Below, piece after piece: positions 49,697-58,643 of a stretch of 64,000 nt of DNA (position 1 is the stretch's first letter; each line of letters starts with the position of its first letter). Origin of the DNA: Oscillospiraceae bacterium (GTDB lineage Bacteria; Bacillota; Clostridia; Oscillospirales; Oscillospiraceae); contig JAFRMX010000010.1 of NCBI GenBank assembly GCA_017430455.1, forward strand, positions 40,777-104,776, given 5' to 3'. The position numbers and the translations under genes are program-made. Below the pieces are notes generated by a model. It searched no databases and was not told where the DNA came from. It was given only the letters and a program-made list of their open reading frames with translations.

Positions 49697-50521
49697 TCAG
49701 AACGGATTCCAGTATCTGCTTCCGTTATAGGCTGTATAGGCCAGGGAAACTGCTACCATAATAATTCCAAGCACTATAACTGCAATGTCTCCTGCCCGGA
49801 ACGGCCGGGACATATACCAGGTTCGCTTTCTGTTCTTACCGAAACCTCTCAGTTCCATTGCATTTGCTACAGTATCTATTCTTTCCATTCCGGACATGAT
49901 AAGGGGAATGAGTATAGCAGACATCGCTCTGAGCCTTTTCCCGAGGCTCTCTTTTTTTGACATCTCAATACCTCTTGCCTGCTGGGCAAGAGAAATATCA
50001 TGATACTCGGATATGGTGTCGGGTATATAGCGCAAAGCCAGAGCCACACTGTAAGACACCTTGTAACTGACTCCGAGTTTATTCAGGGACGCCGCGAACT
50101 CGCTCGGATTTGTTGTCGCGACGAACAGAATGATCACAGGTACCGTTGAAGTATATTTTAAGATTACATTCAGATGGTAAAGTCCCTGTTCCAGAGTCAG
50201 ATTATACCTTCCGGCAATATGAAGAATCTCATGTCTAGATGAATAGAGTTCCACTCCATGCTCCGGGGAAAACAAATATATAAGTACATTGTTCAGAAAA
50301 AGAAAAACAAGTGTGAACAGCAGCAGCACTCTGACCTCCTTAAGCTTTATCTTTGAAAGCTTAAAAGCAAGCAGCGCAAAAGCTGTAAGAAGTATCAGAT
50401 AGGGCGTGCAGAAAGTCATCATTGCGGCGACAGACCACAATATCATACAGGCGCATTTTGAGGCACCTGTAAGAGCGTGGACCGGCGAGTCTTTGTCGAT
50501 ATAATTGAACACATTTATCAT
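49697..50521 (-). CDS. ecfT: ECF transporter T (transmembrane energy-coupling) component
   Basis: 274 aa, polytopic. The conserved ALRYIP...AQQARG motif region is present. Confidence 0.85.
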   Translation of the reverse strand: MINVFNYIDKDSPVHALTGASKCACMILWSVAAMMTFCTPYLILLTAFALLAFKLSKIKLKEVRVLLLFTLVFLFLNNVLIYLFSPEHGVELYSSRHEILHIAGRYNLTLEQGLYHLNVILKYTSTVPVIILFVATTNPSEFAASLNKLGVSYKVSYSVALALRYIPDTISEYHDISLAQQARGIEMSKKESLGKRLRAMSAILIPLIMSGMERIDTVANAMELRGFGKNRKRTWYMSRPFRAGDIAVIVLGIIMVAVSLAYTAYNGSRYWNPF

Positions 50522-52242
50522 CAGCTTCTCACCGCCCTGTCAAAGTCGATAAACCGCTGAACAAACGCACGCGGCGTCTCAATTCCGCACATCAGCGCGA
50601 GCCGGAAAAGAGATGTCTCCTTGAGGCTTGCTTTTTCAACAAGCTCCGGATCAGTCAGAATATTTGCGCCGGTATCATCTCCGACTATCTTGCCGTCGCA
50701 ATAAACTATTGAGCGTGTGGCATACTCGAGCATCAGGTGCATATCATGAGTTATCATTATGATAGTAAGGCCGTCAGCATTAAGCTGTTTCAGAAATTCC
50801 ATTATTTCGGTGTAATGTCTGAAATCCTGCCCGGCTGTAGGTTCATCGAGAATAAGCACTTCAGGGTCCAGAACCAGTATGGAAGCTATCGTGACCCTTT
50901 TCTTCTGCCCGAAGCTCAAAGCGGATACCGGCCAGTTGCGGAACGGATAGAGTCCGCATATCTTAAGCGCTTTTTCAACTTTTACCTGTATTTCATCTTC
51001 ACTTGCCTTGCGTGAACGCAGACCCATTGCGACTTCGTCGAAGATCATCGTCTGTGAGATCATCTGATTGGGATTTTGCATCACATATCCTATATGGTCT
51101 GCGCGCTCCTTTATGCTCAGCTTTGCAAGATCTGATTTTCCGGCTTTCCCGAACAGAGTAATTGTTCCGCTTTGAGGCGTTTCAAAACCGCAGATGAGCT
51201 TTGCAAATGTTGATTTGCCTGCTCCGTTTCTGCCTGCGATCGCGATCAAAGTGCCTTTTCCTATATCTGTGTTGATATTGTCCGCCGCTTTTACTCCGTT
51301 CGGATATTCAAATTCAAGCCCTCTGACGGAAAGGATCGGCCATTCGGCTTTTTTCTGCTCTGCTTCCGGAGTATGCTCAAACCATTCCCTGACTTTTTCC
51401 GTTTCCTCAGGCGCAAGCGCAAGCGAATTTATGCTGTGCGGCATTATCTCCGGTCTTATTCCGACACCTGCATATTTTAAGGCAGTGACATAGAGAGGCT
51501 CCCTGACGCCCGCCTGCCGGAGAAGATCCGTGGAGAGAAGTGTATCCGGATCAAGGTCCGCAATTATTCTCCCTTCCTGCATCAGTATTATTCTGTCCAC
51601 ATCACGCCATAAAACGTCTTCAAGACGGTGCTCAATGATAACGACCGCCGCTCCGGTCTCATTTTTTATCTCGTCTATAAGTTCTATCGCCTGTTTGCCC
51701 GTTGCGGGGTCCAGGTTTGCAAGGGGCTCGTCAAAGAGATACAGCTCCACATTGTCAACCATTATTCCGCCAATTGACACGCGCTGTTTCTGCCCGCCGG
51801 AAAGTTCTCCGGGTGCATGTGTTAGCCTTTCGGATACGCCGACAGTTTTAGCGACCCTCTCTGTTCTTTCATGAAGCTCCGGGGTCTCTATGCAGTCATT
51901 TTCCAGAGCAAAAGCGATATCTTCCGCCGCAGTCATACCGACGAACTGGGCATCGCTGTCCTGGAGCACGGTCCCGACTATCTTCGAGAGTTCGAATATG
52001 CTCATGTCCCCGGTCTCTTTGCCCTTGATTTTCAGAGATCCCGTTGTCTCTCCTTTAAACGAAAAGGGAATAAGGCCGTTCAAGCAGGAGCCTATTGTTG
52101 ATTTCCCGCAGCCTGAAGGTCCCGCTATCAGGATTTTTTCTCCTTTGCGTATCTTGAGGCTGATGTCATACAGAGTCGGCTCAGCCTGCGCGTTGTATTT
52201 AAAACCGAAATGGTTGAATTCTACCAGAATTTCTTCTTCCAA
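50521..52242 (-). CDS. ECF transporter fused double ATPase (EcfA1-EcfA2 type)
   Basis: 573 aa with two ABC cassettes. Walker A GPSGCGKST and GRNGAGKST. Signatures LSGGQKQR and LSFGQKKR. Confidence 0.9.
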   Translation of the reverse strand: MEEEILVEFNHFGFKYNAQAEPTLYDISLKIRKGEKILIAGPSGCGKSTIGSCLNGLIPFSFKGETTGSLKIKGKETGDMSIFELSKIVGTVLQDSDAQFVGMTAAEDIAFALENDCIETPELHERTERVAKTVGVSERLTHAPGELSGGQKQRVSIGGIMVDNVELYLFDEPLANLDPATGKQAIELIDEIKNETGAAVVIIEHRLEDVLWRDVDRIILMQEGRIIADLDPDTLLSTDLLRQAGVREPLYVTALKYAGVGIRPEIMPHSINSLALAPEETEKVREWFEHTPEAEQKKAEWPILSVRGLEFEYPNGVKAADNINTDIGKGTLIAIAGRNGAGKSTFAKLICGFETPQSGTITLFGKAGKSDLAKLSIKERADHIGYVMQNPNQMISQTMIFDEVAMGLRSRKASEDEIQVKVEKALKICGLYPFRNWPVSALSFGQKKRVTIASILVLDPEVLILDEPTAGQDFRHYTEIMEFLKQLNADGLTIIMITHDMHLMLEYATRSIVYCDGKIVGDDTGANILTDPELVEKASLKETSLFRLALMCGIETPRAFVQRFIDFDRAVRS

Positions 52243-52310
52243 TGCTTATCTCCCGATATACGGCATAATCAAAACGGGCTCTCATTTAAGGGAGCCCGGG
52301 CTGTTTGTTC

Positions 52311-52865
52311 TTACTGTTCTTTCTTGAGCGAGTCTTTCTTGGGCTTCGCCTTGGCATAAGCAAAGCAGAGAAGTGAACCGATTATTGCTGTCGTAACAAT
52401 ATTGACAGCAGCTGCGACTGTTCCCTGCAGGAACACCTTGTTTACCGGTTCGGCATAAATCAGAATGTCAAGTACCGGTGCTACAACGATCCAGGAAACA
52501 ATGTGCGCAATCGCCTGGGCGACGTTAAAACGAATAAGCTCCTTCTTTCCGAACTCGCCGTCGTCGAGATCTATCTTCTTCGCGGCGATTCCGGTCAGAA
52601 GTCCGAATACTCCGGAAGCTATGACCCAGCTCCACCATACGCCCCAGCCGGCAGAGAGGTCCGTCAGCCAGTGACCTATAAAGCCGATAAGGAGTCCCGC
52701 GAGAGGTCCGAAGACTGCAGCCATGAAGGCAAGAAGTCCGTACTGAGTGCAGATATTGGTGTTGGGAACGGGTGAAGGGACGGAGACGAAACGCGCCAGG
52801 ACAAAGAACAGGGCAGCGCCGATACCGATCGCGACTATGGTACGTACCGAAAATCCTTTTTTCAT
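52311..52865 (-). CDS. ECF transporter S component (UPF0397-like)
   Basis: 184 aa from the ATG preceded by GGAGG (MKKGFSVRTIVAIGIGAALFFV...PVPNT...). Six TM segments. Confidence 0.8.
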   Translation of the reverse strand: MKKGFSVRTIVAIGIGAALFFVLARFVSVPSPVPNTNICTQYGLLAFMAAVFGPLAGLLIGFIGHWLTDLSAGWGVWWSWVIASGVFGLLTGIAAKKIDLDDGEFGKKELIRFNVAQAIAHIVSWIVVAPVLDILIYAEPVNKVFLQGTVAAAVNIVTTAIIGSLLCFAYAKAKPKKDSLKKEQ

Positions 52866-52949
52866 AAGATCCTCCAAAAATAATCTCTTTTTATTTTAAC
52901 ATACCTCAAGTATGGAAAAACACAGCTTGGTGTTTTCTGTATATTATTC

Positions 52950-52981
52950 AAAAGAAAAGACCTGCCGTATGACAGGTCTTT
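52950..52981 (-). terminator. Leader (attenuator) terminator upstream of the ECF operon
   Basis: Minus strand: AAGACCTG-TCATACGG-CAGGTCTT followed by TTCTTTTG, about 85 nt before the S-component ATG. Confidence 0.75.
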
Positions 52982-53085
52982 GAAGCAATATCCGACCCAT
53001 CGGTCAAGCTTTCGCACCTTATCGGTTTTTCCCGGCAGGTTGCGGAGGGGTCATTGAGCTTGTCTCTCACCCTCTCTTCATGGTG
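52982..53085 (-). promoter_or_regulatory. Candidate riboswitch aptamer / structured leader (class unassigned)
   Basis: About 100 nt between the predicted promoter and the leader terminator. Nested helices GAGGG...CCCTC and ACCTGCCGG-GAAAAA-CCGATAAGGT, a GCGAAAGC tetraloop hairpin, and GACCGATGGGTC. Confidence 0.45.
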
Positions 53086-53090
53086 AAAAA

Positions 53091-53119
53091 AGTCTAACAC
53101 ACGGATATATCAAATGCAA
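53091..53119 (-). promoter_or_regulatory. Promoter for the ECF operon leader
   Basis: Minus strand: TTGCAT (53119-53114), 17-nt spacer, TAGACT (53096-53091). Confidence 0.5.
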
Positions 53120-53138
53120 GTTTTTTATTCCGTCGGCC

Positions 53139-54602
53139 TCAATTATCTGCGCGGTTATAGCCGTTTTTCATGTGCTCGCTTGATATCTTCAGCACTTTGT
53201 TCAGACAGTCTGTTGTCTTTTCCTTTGCCATACTGCAGATCTCGTCATTGGCCTTGGCTGCCAGAGACAGATCACCACTCTCGGAGATCTTCTTATCATA
53301 TTCTGCAACAATACTCCTTCCTCCGACTGCAACGGCATACTGATATCTCTCTACCTCCTGCACTGCAGAACCGTAAACAGGATCTGCAAGTGCTCCTATA
53401 AGTCTGCTTGCCCAATAAAGGTCTTCAGTCGACGCATCCAGAGTCACCTTGCTGACATATTCCGGCATCCCGGGGACATTGGTATAGAGCGGGATCATGG
53501 CGCTGAATGTCGTGGAACCGAAGGTAAGCCACTCAAGTCCCTTTATCTCATCAGGAACCCCGCTTCTTATCTGGCAGATCGCCGTGACCCCCGTACGGTT
53601 AATGCCGATCGGGCGATATATCCCGCGCTTGCCGGTATCACGGTTGAGATACGGGTCATAGTCTGTCCCCTCGAAATGCGAGGAGAGCATATATTTTATA
53701 TCCTCGATGGTTATTTTCCTGTCCGGTTTTATCGCCCATGGGATGTTGTCACTCTCAGGACCAAAATCCGCATTTTCTCCATCCCACTTATAAGAATAAG
53801 GTGCAAGGTACCTGCCCATGAACCAGGCGCGCGGAGTGTTATATATATGGTCCATATCGGTCCTGGAACCGAAGATATCTCTTGGATTGCAGGCGCCGTT
53901 AATGTTAAGATTAAGATCGTTGTCCGAAATAAAATCCCTTAAGTCATCACTGCACATGCAGTTCTCCATTTTACCGAATGCATCGTCAATATCGAACCGG
54001 TCCGTACCGAACTGATTCGGATTAATAACGCACATATCATCGGGGACCCTGCTTGCTATCCAATGGTGACCTCCTATAGTCTCCAGCCACCAGACCTCAT
54101 TTTCATCATTAAATGCTATACCGTTGGACTCATAGGTGCCGTATTTTTCAAGCAGCCTGCCCAGCCTTATAACTCCCTCGCGCGCCGTATGTATATAAGG
54201 AAGTACCAATACTACTATATCCTCTTCTCCTATACCTCCGGGAATATCCTTCTCTCCTCTTTTTTCTGCCTTTCTGTATTCAACCAGAGGGTCTGCTGCA
54301 AGGACTCTCGGATTTGAAGTTACTGTTTCGGTTGCCGTCATTCCGACATTGGCTGCATTTATTCCCGTTGCTGCCCAGATCCCGTTTTTCGGATCTACGC
54401 TCGGGCAGGCGGAATAACGCAGCGGGTTATCCAGAAGCTCTATTTCCAGATGGGAAATAACGCTTTTATACTTCTTTTTCTGGTCTTTCGGCTCTACGAC
54501 GATCATTTTCTTTACGTCAAAATGCCCGTCATCTGTGCGGGATATAAGTGTTGAATTGTCGTTTGTAGCTTTCTTTCCGGCGAGTATTGTTGTACAGGAC
54601 AT
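53139..54602 (-). CDS. C69-family dipeptidase
   Basis: 487 aa. N-terminal MSCTTILAG, with the nucleophile Cys directly after the initiator region. Confidence 0.85.
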   Translation of the reverse strand: MSCTTILAGKKATNDNSTLISRTDDGHFDVKKMIVVEPKDQKKKYKSVISHLEIELLDNPLRYSACPSVDPKNGIWAATGINAANVGMTATETVTSNPRVLAADPLVEYRKAEKRGEKDIPGGIGEEDIVVLVLPYIHTAREGVIRLGRLLEKYGTYESNGIAFNDENEVWWLETIGGHHWIASRVPDDMCVINPNQFGTDRFDIDDAFGKMENCMCSDDLRDFISDNDLNLNINGACNPRDIFGSRTDMDHIYNTPRAWFMGRYLAPYSYKWDGENADFGPESDNIPWAIKPDRKITIEDIKYMLSSHFEGTDYDPYLNRDTGKRGIYRPIGINRTGVTAICQIRSGVPDEIKGLEWLTFGSTTFSAMIPLYTNVPGMPEYVSKVTLDASTEDLYWASRLIGALADPVYGSAVQEVERYQYAVAVGGRSIVAEYDKKISESGDLSLAAKANDEICSMAKEKTTDCLNKVLKISSEHMKNGYNRADN

Positions 54603-54772
54603 TTCATTTCTCCTTAAAAAAAATCGTTTAAGTATAACTCATACTATACTTTTTTTCAAATTAATATCCCTGTAACATTTTTTCTCTTAATTATGAAACA
54701 TCTTTAATGTATTTTTATAATTGCAAAAGCAAGTGCGAGAAATCTTTTTCATTTTGTCCTCACTATATAAAG

Positions 54773-54800
54773 AAAAACGGAGCCGGGATGCTCCGTTTTT
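54773..54800 (-). terminator. Terminator after the DUF3592 gene
   Basis: AAAAACGGAGC-CGGGAT-GCTCCGTTTTT. Symmetric A/T tracts allow function in either direction. Confidence 0.75.
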
Positions 54801-54831
54801 CTTTATTTTCCGGGGAATATCTCCGGACAGA

Positions 54832-55272
54832 CTATTTTATAACTATCATAAGGATACCCGCCGCGATCATAACGAGGGCAATCAAGAGAAATCTTCCGTG
54901 GATGCTGCTGCCGCCCGTTTCAGGCCCGACTATCCTGCAGCTTTTAATTTCCCGCGGGTCGTAATAGACAGTAACGGGAGTCCCGGCAGGGTATTTTTTG
55001 TCAAAATCAAATGCAGTTGCTTTAAAGCCCTCCGCAAATCTTGTCTCCGTATGTACTCTCTTTTTCCCTGCAGTATATGAGACCTTGTAATGTATTTCAG
55101 AATTTGTCTTTTTGCCCGTTGCTTTTATTCCTTCAAGCGTCCCGGCTGTCTGTGTGCTGAGCACGGATCTGTTTCTCCGTGCCAGCAATACGGTCGGCAG
55201 AACAGTTAAAAACATGACTGCGCCCGCTATCATTATAATTACTCCAAGTATCAAAACAGTATTTGTTCCCAT
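54832..55272 (-). CDS. DUF3592-like membrane protein
   Basis: 146 aa. TM segments at both ends flank a beta-rich core, which is the typical DUF3592 layout. Confidence 0.65.
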   Translation of the reverse strand: MGTNTVLILGVIIMIAGAVMFLTVLPTVLLARRNRSVLSTQTAGTLEGIKATGKKTNSEIHYKVSYTAGKKRVHTETRFAEGFKATAFDFDKKYPAGTPVTVYYDPREIKSCRIVGPETGGSSIHGRFLLIALVMIAAGILMIVIK

Positions 55273-55450
55273 AGATCTTATCCTCCGTTTATATCTGGGA
55301 TTTTATCATAAAAGATCCGATAATAAAATCCTTTATTGTCCCGGAATCTTGTCTTTCCGCGCAAAATACAGGAAAAAAACTTGGAAAATCCTGAATTTGC
55401 GTATATTATTGTGAGTATGGTCTGCTGTATCAAGATCGGAGGCCGGTATT

Positions 55451-56353
55451 TTGACAAGATATTTCCTGTCCGATTATCTCAAAGATACATTCGGAACAAA
55501 AGTATATAAGCTCTCGCTCCAGAGCGGCTGTACCTGCCCCAACAGAGACGGTACTCTTGGTTTCGGAGGCTGCAGCTTCTGTTCGGAGGGCGGTTCGGGC
55601 GACTTCGCCTCACCGCTTCTGCCTGTAAGAGACCAGATAGAAGCAGCAAAAAAGCTTGTTGATGCCAAATTTCCGCGCAGAATATCTGAAAGTGACAGGA
55701 AATATATAGCCTATTTTCAATCTTTTACCAATACATACGGCGATACCGAAAAGCTTTGCGCTCTTTATGAAGAAGCCCTCTCGTTTCCGGAAATTGCAGC
55801 ATTATCGGTCGCCACCAGGCCGGACTGCTTATCGGATGAAGTGCTCTTTAGACTCTCTGAGATGAACAGGACAAAACCGGTCTGGATCGAACTCGGACTG
55901 CAAACATCCGATGACAAGACTGCTGAAAGGATTAACAGATGCTATAAGACAGAAGTTTTTGGAGAATGCTGGAAAAGGCTGAAATCCGCGGGACTTGAAG
56001 GTATAGTACATATTATTCTCGGCCTGCCGGGTGAATCCGAAGCGGAAATGCTTGAAACAGCAGGCTATCTTGCCCGGCTCGACCCGCCCCCGGACGGAAT
56101 CAAAATATCAAATCTTCAGATCCTTAAAGGTACAAAGCTCGGAGAAGAATACCTGAAGAAACCCTTTAATCTGCTATCTCTGGACGAATACGCGGAGCTT
56201 GTCTGCAAGTGCCTCGATATCCTGCCTGAGACGACGGTCATACACCGGATAACCGGAGACCCTCCGAAAAAGATCCTGATCGCGCCCGCTTGGTGCGCGG
56301 ACAAGAAAACCGTAATTAATACTCTTAACAAAAAGCTAAACCGCTTCAGCTGA
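55451..56353 (+). CDS. TIGR01212-family radical SAM protein
   Basis: TTG start. CPNRDGTLGFGGCSFC cluster motif and a family-typical N-terminus (YKLSLQSGCTCPNRDG). Confidence 0.85.
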   Translation: MTRYFLSDYLKDTFGTKVYKLSLQSGCTCPNRDGTLGFGGCSFCSEGGSGDFASPLLPVRDQIEAAKKLVDAKFPRRISESDRKYIAYFQSFTNTYGDTEKLCALYEEALSFPEIAALSVATRPDCLSDEVLFRLSEMNRTKPVWIELGLQTSDDKTAERINRCYKTEVFGECWKRLKSAGLEGIVHIILGLPGESEAEMLETAGYLARLDPPPDGIKISNLQILKGTKLGEEYLKKPFNLLSLDEYAELVCKCLDILPETTVIHRITGDPPKKILIAPAWCADKKTVINTLNKKLNRFS

Positions 56354-56370
56354 TGCCAAAGCGGTTTTTT
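56338..56370 (+). terminator. Rho-independent terminator overlapping the stop codon
   Basis: AAACCGCTT...AAGCGGTTTTTT. Confidence 0.75.
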
Positions 56371-56501
56371 GTCGCATTTTTGTAAGCAGACTATAGATTA
56401 TGATTATCAGAAGAAGAAATATGAACGTCTGCTGAATCTCAACAATTCGGAAGAAGATACTTTTGAAAATATAATTGAATAAATGAGATGAAATTATCAG
56501 T

Positions 56502-56718
56502 GTAGACAGGTCCATAAAAAGGACCTGTCTACCTTTAAAGCATTGGTATTACTGCAACGGAGACAGGTAGACAGGTCAGACACGTACATTCAGCATTTTC
56601 TATCCGATTTTTATTATCTTTAGCCGGGATATGTATGCATATCACCTGTCTACCTGTCTACAGACATTGAAAACAGAGGAATTGAGAGTAGACAGGTCGC
56701 AAATAGTGACCTGTCTAC
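56502..56718 (+). repeat. Word-array element R3. Private word GTAGACAGGT / ACCTGTCTAC.
   Basis: Hairpin at 56502-56532. Direct doublet AGACAGGTAGACAGGT at 56561-56576. 67-bp AT-rich core. Exact inverted doublet at 56644-56659. Hairpin at 56688-56718. Confidence 0.9.
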
Positions 56719-56757
56719 CCTGAAGATATCATTATCATTAAAGTATATTATCTGCTG

Positions 56758-57813
56758 TTATTCTATCCTGAAAAGCTTCTTTCCGGGAACGCCCGCGCGG
56801 TAGGCATCGACTGCTTTTTCGAAATCATGCAATGCATAGGTCCCGCCGATGATAACTGACGCGTCAAAGTAAGGAGAACGCATGACTTTCGCGAAATTGT
56901 CCCAGGTCTCCCAGATCCTTCTTCCACAGACTCCGGTTATCTCGACCTCCCGGTAATAAACGTCATTTGTCAGATCCAGACCCACTTCACCGCTCGGGAA
57001 TCCGACACCCACAAGTCTTCCGCCGTTTTTCAGCGCTTTTATTCCGTTCACGATTGCAGGCGGTGCTCCCGTAACGTCTATGGCTGCATCAACTCCGAGT
57101 CCTCCGGTCAAGTCTCTGCAGAATGAGATAATATCCGTTTCCGAGCTGTTTACCGTTATATCTGCCCCCATCTTCTCTGCATCCTTCAGGCGCTCCGGAA
57201 GGATATCACAGGCAATGACTTTCTCTGCTCCGAAGGTCTTAGCACCTGCTATAACTGTCAGCCCTATCGCTCCGCATCCGCTGACAAGCACGTTTTTCCC
57301 TTCGACCTCCGCTTTCTCGACTCCGCGGATCCCCGATCCCATCGGCTCGAAAAGGCAGCCCACATCGTCAGAGATATCGTCGGTAAGTTTATATGTGATC
57401 TTTTCCGGAGCTGCGACATATTCGGCAAATGCCCCGTCTCTTCCGACGCCAAACAGAGACATATTCATACACATGTTGGATTTACCGCTTAAGCACATCG
57501 GGCATTTTCCGCAGGGTATATGCGACTCGAAAGCGACTCTGTCCCCCGGTTTTCTGTCTTTCACGTTTTTACCGGCAAGCACTACCTCTCCGCATGCCTC
57601 ATGTCCCATTATTACAGGCGGCTTTACCCAGATCCGGGACCATTTGTCCCAGTCGATTATGTGGATATCCGTACCGCACAAAGCCGCTCTGTTTACTTTT
57701 ACCAGAACCTCATCATCTTTCGGCTCGGGAATGGGGAGATCGTCATGCCAGACCGGAGCACACGTTCCCTTCTGTTCTTTTTTCAGACCGAACATCGTAT
57801 CAGACATAATCAT
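56758..57813 (-). CDS. tdh: Zinc-dependent medium-chain dehydrogenase, L-threonine 3-dehydrogenase-like
   Basis: 351 aa. CGTDIHIIDWDKW...GHEACGEV zinc motif and the GCGAIGL Rossmann motif. A butanediol/sorbitol-dehydrogenase function cannot be excluded. Confidence 0.75.
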   Translation of the reverse strand: MIMSDTMFGLKKEQKGTCAPVWHDDLPIPEPKDDEVLVKVNRAALCGTDIHIIDWDKWSRIWVKPPVIMGHEACGEVVLAGKNVKDRKPGDRVAFESHIPCGKCPMCLSGKSNMCMNMSLFGVGRDGAFAEYVAAPEKITYKLTDDISDDVGCLFEPMGSGIRGVEKAEVEGKNVLVSGCGAIGLTVIAGAKTFGAEKVIACDILPERLKDAEKMGADITVNSSETDIISFCRDLTGGLGVDAAIDVTGAPPAIVNGIKALKNGGRLVGVGFPSGEVGLDLTNDVYYREVEITGVCGRRIWETWDNFAKVMRSPYFDASVIIGGTYALHDFEKAVDAYRAGVPGKKLFRIE

Positions 57814-57822
57814 GCCTCTTTC

Positions 57823-58536
57823 TCATCTTTTTCTGCCGTATGCCATATAACTCGCGGGAAACGGAAATATCAGGAGCGCGACTGCAATTATTATCGGAAC
57901 CGCCGGGATATCCTGCATAAGCATTACGCTGTAAATAAGAATCAGACCCGAAACCATGAAACAGATGCCTGCCAGGTCGTTTGTGCCTTTTCTTGCCGTC
58001 TCGCTGCGGGACATGTATTTGAAATTAAATGACAGCGCTGCATCTTTCTTGCAGTCAAACAGATATCCGCCTGCGTAAATCAATATAATCCCTGTAATGC
58101 ACGCTGTTTTAAAAGCTCCCGGCATGCTCTGACTCGCGACTCTCGGCATGGCCCAAACACAAAAGAAAAATCCAAGGACAGGGATTATCCATCGGCCAAG
58201 CAGCCTTACAGGTGCAGGAGGGAGTTTGGACAGGCGCTGGTGAATGTACAGCTGCACATGGCAGATGGCATTCAGGACAAAAAAGAGTCCCGGGATCATA
58301 TATATGAAGGCCCATCTTGGGAGAGAATCGTCGTTTCCGGCAAGATCCGTAAGCCCTGTTGTTATGATCTCCGGAATAGCGCTTTTAAGCCTGAGCCCCA
58401 GGAATATCGGAGCAACCGAAATCAGTGAGGTAACAACAAAAAGAAGAATTGCCTTTTCTTTCGACACATGTTTTCCGAAGAAGGATGCTGCCCTGATCTC
58501 ATCACTTCGGGAAAGAGCATTTTTTTTACTGCTCAT
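57823..58536 (-). CDS. Integral membrane protein, unknown function
   Basis: 237 aa, about 6 TM segments. The stop is 10 nt from the tdh-like start. Confidence 0.6.
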   Translation of the reverse strand: MSSKKNALSRSDEIRAASFFGKHVSKEKAILLFVVTSLISVAPIFLGLRLKSAIPEIITTGLTDLAGNDDSLPRWAFIYMIPGLFFVLNAICHVQLYIHQRLSKLPPAPVRLLGRWIIPVLGFFFCVWAMPRVASQSMPGAFKTACITGIILIYAGGYLFDCKKDAALSFNFKYMSRSETARKGTNDLAGICFMVSGLILIYSVMLMQDIPAVPIIIAVALLIFPFPASYMAYGRKR

Positions 58537-58643
58537 ACGCAGCCCGCCTTTTTTAGATTTTTTAAATTATAGCAATTAATTGCAGGCTTGTAAATAAACA
58601 GAGCCTGCAGAACGGATCTGCAGGCTCCTGTTTTGAAACACGG

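Noticed and set aside
52982-53085. Calling the ECF leader a TPP riboswitch
   Set aside because: Only partial motif resemblance was found. The canonical GCUGAGA context with a P3 hairpin and the CUGGAUAAUGCCAGCG pyrophosphate-sensor helix are not reproduced. It is reported only as an unclassified candidate.
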